Virus record (IMG/VR): IMGVR_UViG_2531839473_000010
Location: 1 to 10,198 of that record
Direction: 5' to 3' (one strand)
DNA from: a virus
Taxonomy: Duplodnaviria; Heunggongvirae; Uroviricota; Caudoviricetes
DNA length: 10,198 bases
The translations under genes and the position numbers were made by a program. The notes beneath the pieces were generated by a model that was given only the letters and a program-made list of their open reading frames with translations, searched no databases and was not told the origin of the DNA. Every line of letters starts with the position of its first letter. Position 1 is the first letter of the stretch. Below are positions 6,665 through 10,198 of this stretch, piece after piece.

Positions 6665-7288
6665 CTATGCGGCCTCGGAAGGAAGTCCAATCATCTTATT
6701 CAAATCTTCTACCCGTAAAGCAGGAAGTGCTGTACTTGCTTTATCTGCTTCTTTTGGTAGCAATTCTTTGCTTTCAGGCCAAACCTCAATAAGTCGCTTA
6801 ACTGTTGTGACTGAGTTCAAAGCAGCCCATACATTTGATTCGATATCATTTTTCTTGGCTTCAAGTTTTTGTTGCAATGCGCAGATTTCATCAAACCTTT
6901 TTGTTATTTCGTGTTCTGCGCTAAACATGCATTTATCTTTTTTCGGAGTAGGGAGCAATATATCTTCGCCGTTGCCGTCTTTCCCATATGAATGCCATCC
7001 AACCCTTCTGCCAGATACAGTCAGATAAATTGAAGTAGAACGAACATCGTATGAGTAAAATGAACATCCCAGTTTTTCAAGTTCTTCACTTATAGCTACT
7101 AACTTGGAATATAAATGATCCACTTCCTCAGTTTTCTTTTTACCGCCAAACGCAATAACTCTGGCGTCAAGTGCAAGCTGGTTCTTTAACTTTGTTACTT
7201 CTTCAAGTTCAGTGAAAACCCCAGACTTAATTAAATCGTTACGAGCGATTTCCTCTTTCATTCTCGTAGTTAAGCGGATTGATGACAT
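6665..7288 (-). CDS. Hypothetical protein (207 aa from the ATG at 7288; the tool ORF is 227 aa), uncharacterised accessory gene
   Basis: The ATG at 7286-7288 has GAGG about 8 nt upstream. Lys/Glu-rich with predicted helical segments; no catalytic motif recognised. Occupies the ral/ea10 position of lambda, divergent from the sieB-like gene. Confidence 0.6.
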   Translation of the reverse strand: MSSIRLTTRMKEEIARNDLIKSGVFTELEEVTKLKNQLALDARVIAFGGKKKTEEVDHLYSKLVAISEELEKLGCSFYSYDVRSTSIYLTVSGRRVGWHSYGKDGNGEDILLPTPKKDKCMFSAEHEITKRFDEICALQQKLEAKKNDIESNVWAALNSVTTVKRLIEVWPESKELLPKEADKASTALPALRVEDLNKMIGLPSEAA

Positions 7289-7432
7289 ATTAATTCCTCT
7301 CAAATAAGTGGTTTGCTGCCTAATTTCATTTTCTGGCGACCAACACAAGTCACACCCATTTCACTGCGTGGCTTGCGGTAGTAAAGATTGTGCCTGTCTT
7401 TTAACCACATCAGGCTCGGTGGTTCTCGTGTA

Positions 7433-7483
7433 CCCCTACAGCGAGAAATCGGATAAACTCTATTCACCCCCTACAGAGAGAAT
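7433..7483. repeat. Two direct repeats CCCCTACAG(C/A)GAGAA(A/T) spaced 35 bp, just upstream of the sieB-like start
   Basis: Copies at 7433-7448 and 7468-7483 are 14/16 identical. They lie in the 210-bp divergent region between the 207-aa ORF and the sieB-like gene; candidate regulator binding sites or promoter element. Confidence 0.45.
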
Positions 7484-7498
7484 GATGGAGATTCACCG

Positions 7499-8038
7499 AT
7501 GAGTAACTGGTGGCAGGAACTATTACGTTTCTTCCTGCGTGGTCTTACGCTACAACAGTTAATTCATATGCTTATTATTTTAATTGCCTTGATAATAATC
7601 ACCCCTGCATCAATTAAAGAGTGGGTAGATATAAGGAACCCAGAAATACTTCCAGATCACTGGATGTATTACGCAATGCTTTTGTGTATCAGTTATGTTC
7701 TGAACAGGGTGATGGAGTTTATATTTCTGGCATCTTCAGACAGATATAAAAAATATCTCAGTAAGAGAGATGAGGCTAAAGTAATTGTGGAGACTGAGCG
7801 CCTGTTCAATTCTCTGAGTATTCAGGAAAAAGAGGTTTTAGCATTTGCTGTTATGGCAAATAACAAAATCGTACTTAAGCACGGCGATCCGGTCGCTTTA
7901 TCTCTTATGAGAAAAGGCCTTCTCCATCGCTCAGGTGTGACTTACAGCGCGTCAGGTAAAGAGAAATTTGTTATACCTGACGTCTGGTTCCATGAGTGTT
8001 ATATGCGCTTTGCTGGTAAAGCTGATGAGCTAATTTAG
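7499..8038 (+). CDS. sieB: SieB-like superinfection-exclusion membrane protein (179 aa)
   Basis: The only plus-strand gene inside the leftward operon, convergent with and immediately adjacent to the N-like gene, as I recall for lambda sieB. Two hydrophobic helices (LIHMLIILIALIIITPASI and YYAMLLCISYVLNRVMEFIFLA). Assignment rests on synteny and topology, not on recognised sequence identity. Confidence 0.5.
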   Translation: MSNWWQELLRFFLRGLTLQQLIHMLIILIALIIITPASIKEWVDIRNPEILPDHWMYYAMLLCISYVLNRVMEFIFLASSDRYKKYLSKRDEAKVIVETERLFNSLSIQEKEVLAFAVMANNKIVLKHGDPVALSLMRKGLLHRSGVTYSASGKEKFVIPDVWFHECYMRFAGKADELI

Positions 8039-8059
8039 TTCCTCGACGGCGGGGGATCG

Positions 8060-8332
8060 TCACCTCGCTGTCAGTTGTTTTGATTTCCGGTAGCCTGCCG
8101 CGTAAAGAGCTACGTTCGGAAGACAAGTTGAGCCTTCATATTTTCTGGTCAACGTTGTCAGTGTTATTACTTCTGCTCTCATTGCTGGTTTGCGCTTGCA
8201 TTGCAAGACCACTCGTGAAGGGGTTGGCCTGTGTAGCTTGTCGGAGCTGATCGCCTCCTGACTTTGCAGATTTGCACGACGAGCTCTACGGCGAGAAGCT
8301 GCGGTGCCTTTAAATTCTGTTTTTCTGGACAT
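8060..8332 (-). CDS. N: N-like transcription antiterminator (90 aa from the ATG at 8332; the tool ORF is 114 aa)
   Basis: N-terminal arginine-rich motif GTAASRRRARRANLQ. C-terminus ...LPNVALYAAGYRKSKQLTAR resembles the P22/phi21-type N proteins as recalled. GGAGG ribosome-binding site at 5-nt spacing. First gene downstream of the predicted PL and nutL. Confidence 0.7.
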   Translation of the reverse strand: MSRKTEFKGTAASRRRARRANLQSQEAISSDKLHRPTPSRVVLQCKRKPAMRAEVITLTTLTRKYEGSTCLPNVALYAAGYRKSKQLTAR

Positions 8333-8430
8333 GGATTCCTCCCGAATAAACTTTGGCGATGCAATCTCGAAGCCCCTCCTGAGAGGGTTGCTTCGGCATT
8401 GCATCCCACAGCTTATGTGGTTGGGTGATC

Positions 8431-8478
8431 TGGCTTTTCAGCCACGTAGTCGAGTGTTCGACGTTGTTTAAAGAGCAT
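8431..8478 (-). promoter_or_regulatory. Candidate nutL site: boxA, spacer hairpin, boxB
   Basis: Minus strand reads TGCTCTTTAAACAAC (boxA-like; compare rrn boxA TGCTCTTTAACAA), then hairpin GTCGA-ACAC-TCGAC, TACG, then TGGCT-GAAA-AGCCA (boxB-like stem-loop with a GAAA loop). Same architecture as the candidate nutR. Confidence 0.6.
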
Positions 8479-8522
8479 GCCAGTCTGTTCCGTTTGGCTT
8501 CCAGCTTCCTGCTGATGGCTAA

Positions 8523-8598
8523 ATAGTACGATGTGTACTTTACTGAGTCAATACAAAATGTTCTAAATATGGTTTAGTTTTTTATAACGCTTTGTATT
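8523..8598 (-). promoter_or_regulatory. Candidate PL promoter with three OL operator sites
   Basis: Minus strand -35 TTGACT (plus 8546-8551), 17-bp spacer, -10 TACTAT (plus 8523-8528). Fifteen-bp sites on the plus strand: AGTACGATGTGTACT (8525-8539, perfect 5-N5-5 palindrome), AATACAAAATGTTCT (8550-8564) and ATAACGCTTTGTATT (8584-8598). All share AC-N5-GT spacing with the OR sites. Confidence 0.45.
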
Positions 8599-8616
8599 TT
8601 ATTGATTTATATTTTG

Positions 8617-8645
8617 GAAAAAGAAAACCCGACGCTAAGGTCGGG
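8617..8645 (-). terminator. Intrinsic terminator downstream of the repressor gene
   Basis: Minus strand reads CCCGAC-CTTAGC-GTCGGG followed by TTTTCTTTTTCC, beginning about 30 nt after the cI stop. Confidence 0.55.
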
Positions 8646-8677
8646 TTATTGTTGTGTGTTTTAGAGTGGTGAGGCTG

Positions 8678-9337
8678 TTAACTAAATGTCTCTTCAGGCC
8701 ACTGGCTGGCGATAACTTTCCCTACTACGGAACAGCTATCATTGCATGGAATCATTGGATATTGCGGGTTTAGTGGTTGTAGGAACACCTGACCGCTATC
8801 CCTGATCAGTTTCTTGAAGGTAAACTCGTCACCACCAAGTCTGGCTATGCAGAAATCACCTGGCTCAACAGCCTGCTCAGGGTCAACGAGAATTAACATC
8901 CCGTCAGGAAAGCTTGGCTTGGATCCTGTTGGCGCGGTCATGGAATTACCTTCAACTTCAAGCCAAAACGCACAATCACTGGCTTTTTTGGTTGTGCTGA
9001 CCCATCTCTCCGCATCACCTTTGGTAAAGGTTCTAAGCTCAGGCGAGAACATCCCAGCCTGAACATGAGAAAAAACAGGGTACTCATATTGTTTTTTAAC
9101 GGGGGCAGATGAGTATTCGCCAACAGGTGAAAATGTACCGTCGTGGTTGAATGAGACGTTATCAATACCAAGGTATTTAAACACCACACCAATCTCGTCA
9201 AGAGATGGATGACGATATCCGCGCAACCAGTGACCAATTCCACCCTGCGTCATACCAAGCTCTTCAGCTAACTTCTCTTGAGTTATGCCGAGCTCTTTCA
9301 TTCTGGATCTAGCCAGTTCATACCATTTCATTTTCAT
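8678..9337 (-). CDS. cI: cI-type prophage repressor (about 219 aa from the ATG at 9337): HTH_XRE N-terminal domain plus LexA/S24-like autocleavage C-terminal domain
   Basis: The C-terminal segment from [38 protein letters not shown] through [88 protein letters not shown] matches recalled lambda cI almost exactly, including the Ser/Lys dyad. The N-terminal DNA-binding domain ([44 protein letters not shown]...) is not lambda's. The tool start at 9499 would extend into the operator region; the ATGs at 9337 and 9331 are more plausible. Confidence 0.85.
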   Translation of the reverse strand: MKMKWYELARSRMKELGITQEKLAEELGMTQGGIGHWLRGYRHPSLDEIGVVFKYLGIDNVSFNHDGTFSPVGEYSSAPVKKQYEYPVFSHVQAGMFSPELRTFTKGDAERWVSTTKKASDCAFWLEVEGNSMTAPTGSKPSFPDGMLILVDPEQAVEPGDFCIARLGGDEFTFKKLIRDSGQVFLQPLNPQYPMIPCNDSCSVVGKVIASQWPEETFS

Positions 9338-9346
9338 ACCCTTATT

Positions 9347-9421
9347 ATTACGCTCTGTACTAAAATCATCCATGCACAAGATGTATTTTTGTTTGCATTC
9401 TAAAAGTACATATCGTATTAT
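9347..9421. promoter_or_regulatory. Candidate OR operator cluster with PR promoter (PRM not resolved)
   Basis: Sites ATTACGCTCTGTACT (9347-9361), TGCACAAGATGTATT (9373-9387, weaker) and AGTACATATCGTATT (9405-9419). Plus-strand PR: -35 TTGCAT (9393-9398), 17-bp spacer, -10 TATTAT (9416-9421), about 20-nt leader to the cro-like ATG. The last site overlaps the -10, as expected for an OR1-type site. Confidence 0.45.
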
Positions 9422-9447
9422 TGCGTTATGATTACTATGGAGGGCAT

Positions 9448-9663
9448 ATGAGCAACCTACGAAAATATCGAGAGTCACTGAATATCTCTCAAACAACACT
9501 TGCTAAGGCAGTTGGATGCACACAGGGAGCTATCGGACATTGGGAATCTGGTCGTCGCTTCCCAGACCTTAAAACATGCCGTGCTCTTGTTGAGTGCCTA
9601 AACAAGTTAGGCGCAAAAGTCAGTCTTGATGACGTGTTCCCGCCGGAACACAAAGCTGCTTAA
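9448..9663 (+). CDS. cro: Cro-like HTH_XRE regulator (71 aa from the ATG at 9448)
   Basis: Divergent from the repressor across the operator region. GGAGG ribosome-binding site 4 nt upstream. Its helix-turn-helix ([22 protein letters not shown]) closely parallels the repressor's ([22 protein letters not shown]), consistent with shared operators. Confidence 0.7.
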   Translation: MSNLRKYRESLNISQTTLAKAVGCTQGAIGHWESGRRFPDLKTCRALVECLNKLGAKVSLDDVFPPEHKAA

Positions 9664-9673
9664 TAAGCGGATC

Positions 9674-9719
9674 CGCTCTTTGTAACAACGGACATTCGTC
9701 CTACGTCGCTGAAAAGCGA
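9674..9719 (+). promoter_or_regulatory. Candidate nutR site: boxA, spacer hairpin, boxB
   Basis: CGCTCTTTGTAACAAC (boxA-like), hairpin GGAC-ATTC-GTCC, TACG, then TCGCT-GAAA-AGCGA (boxB-like). Begins 11 nt after the cro stop. A perfect palindrome AGCGGATCCGCT (9666-9677) overlaps the 5' edge of boxA. Confidence 0.6.
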
Positions 9720-9763
9720 GTCCCAATATATCTGACCAACTAAGGCCATATGCGTTTCCACGC

Positions 9764-10198
9764 TGAACCGCCCCGGGTTTCCTGGAGAGTGTTTTATCTG
9801 TGAACTCAGGCTGCCAGATCATTGTTTCCGATGGAAGCATAATAAGCTTTTTCTGCTTCTGCCGGAGGAGTATGGCCCAGCCTTCCCAGCAATCGTCGAT
9901 TGTTATACCAGTCCACCCACGTGAGTGTGGCCAGTTCCACTTCTGCACGGTTTTTCCAGCTCTTACGGTGTATTACCTCCGCTTTGTAAAGACCATTGAT
10001 GCTCTCAGCCATCGCGTTGTCATACGAGTCGCCTGTACTCCCTGTTGATGCCAGCAGTTTTGCTTCTTTTAGTCGCTCCGTATAGGCCAGTGACACATAC
10101 TGAGAGCCTTTATCGCTGTGATGGATGGTGCCAGACGGACGACGGGCCCAGAACGCCTGCTCCAGCGCATCCAGCACGAATGTCGTTTCCATAGACGA
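9764..10198 (-). mobile_element. IS3-family insertion sequence, partial (one end only; continues past the window edge)
   Basis: Terminus TGAACCGCCCCGGGTTTCCTGGAGA starts at 9764 with the TG typical of IS3-family ends, and resembles the recalled IS629/IS3411-type inverted repeat. It contains the 3' part of a transposase gene on the minus strand. Confidence 0.75.
9806..10198 (-). CDS. IS3-family transposase OrfB (integrase-core/DDE domain), C-terminal part; 5' end lies outside the window
   Basis: IHHSDKGSQYVS..., DSYDNAMAESINGLYKAEVIH... and WVDWYNNRRLLGRLGHTPPAEAE are the hallmark of the IS3-family OrfB catalytic core C-terminus. The reading frame runs to the window edge. Confidence 0.85.
   Translation of the reverse strand, partial: SSMETTFVLDALEQAFWARRPSGTIHHSDKGSQYVSLAYTERLKEAKLLASTGSTGDSYDNAMAESINGLYKAEVIHRKSWKNRAEVELATLTWVDWYNNRRLLGRLGHTPPAEAEKAYYASIGNNDLAA

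Noticed and set aside
6203-7028. ORFs 6203-6400 (minus, alternative frame) and 6627-7028 (plus)
   Set aside because: They overlap the acidic-protein gene and the 207-aa gene respectively in other frames or on the opposite strand. Ser/Leu-rich composition; no translation signals.
7308-7502. Plus-strand 64-aa Cys-rich ORF whose stop overlaps the sieB ATG as ATGA
   Set aside because: It needs a GTG start without a ribosome-binding site, has low-complexity sequence and overlaps the 5' end of the 207-aa gene on the other strand. The ATGA overlap arises by chance whenever A follows an ATG. Kept only as a low-probability possibility.
8039-8059. Possible bidirectional terminator between the convergent sieB and N genes
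   Set aside because: I could not find a stable GC-rich stem directly preceding the T-rich segment on either strand; the gap is only 21 bp.
8179-8409. Minus-strand 76-aa ORF overlapping the N-like gene in another frame
   Set aside because: Alternative frame of the N-like gene region extending into the nutL leader; no ribosome-binding site. The N-like frame has the arginine-rich motif and a ribosome-binding site.
8814-9243. ORFs 8814-9062 (plus) and 8938-9243 (minus, alternative frame) inside the repressor gene
   Set aside because: Shadow ORFs of the cI-type repressor gene, whose frame is strongly supported by the match to the lambda cI C-terminal domain.
9338-9499. N-terminal extension of the repressor ORF to 9499 (273 aa), and similar tool-generated extensions of xis, N, cro, the acidic ORF and the 207-aa ORF
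   Set aside because: The extensions run into operator, promoter or upstream-gene sequence and lack ribosome-binding sites. Internal starts with proper ribosome-binding sites give proteins of the sizes expected for these families.
9607-10048. ORFs 9607-9948 (minus, 113 aa) and 9800-10048 (plus, 82 aa)
   Set aside because: The first spans the IS boundary at 9764 and runs antisense to cro, so it cannot be one native gene. The second is antisense to the IS3-family transposase.
1-10198. CRISPR arrays, tRNA or rRNA genes
   Set aside because: No regularly spaced direct repeats with unique spacers and no tRNA-like cloverleaf candidates were seen; the window is densely protein-coding phage DNA.

Overview
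This window is the left arm and immunity region of a mosaic lambda-like (lambdoid) prophage from an enterobacterium, truncated at its right edge by a partial IS3-family element. Almost all genes read on the minus strand, in lambda PL-operon order from right to left: cI-type repressor with a divergent cro-like gene, N-like antiterminator with candidate nutL and nutR sites, a convergent sieB-like membrane gene, cIII-like and kil-like small genes, a non-lambda recombination module (Rad52-like annealing protein, SSB, HNH endonuclease, DEDDh exonuclease), several small accessory ORFs including an Ea22-like protein, then xis and a lambda-type integrase. No named defence system is recognisable. The best candidates for undescribed biology are a 207-aa lysine/glutamate-rich ORF (6665-7288) beside sieB and an acidic 103-aa ORF (6180-6491). 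All calls rest on reading the sequence and recalled protein families; no database search was run.
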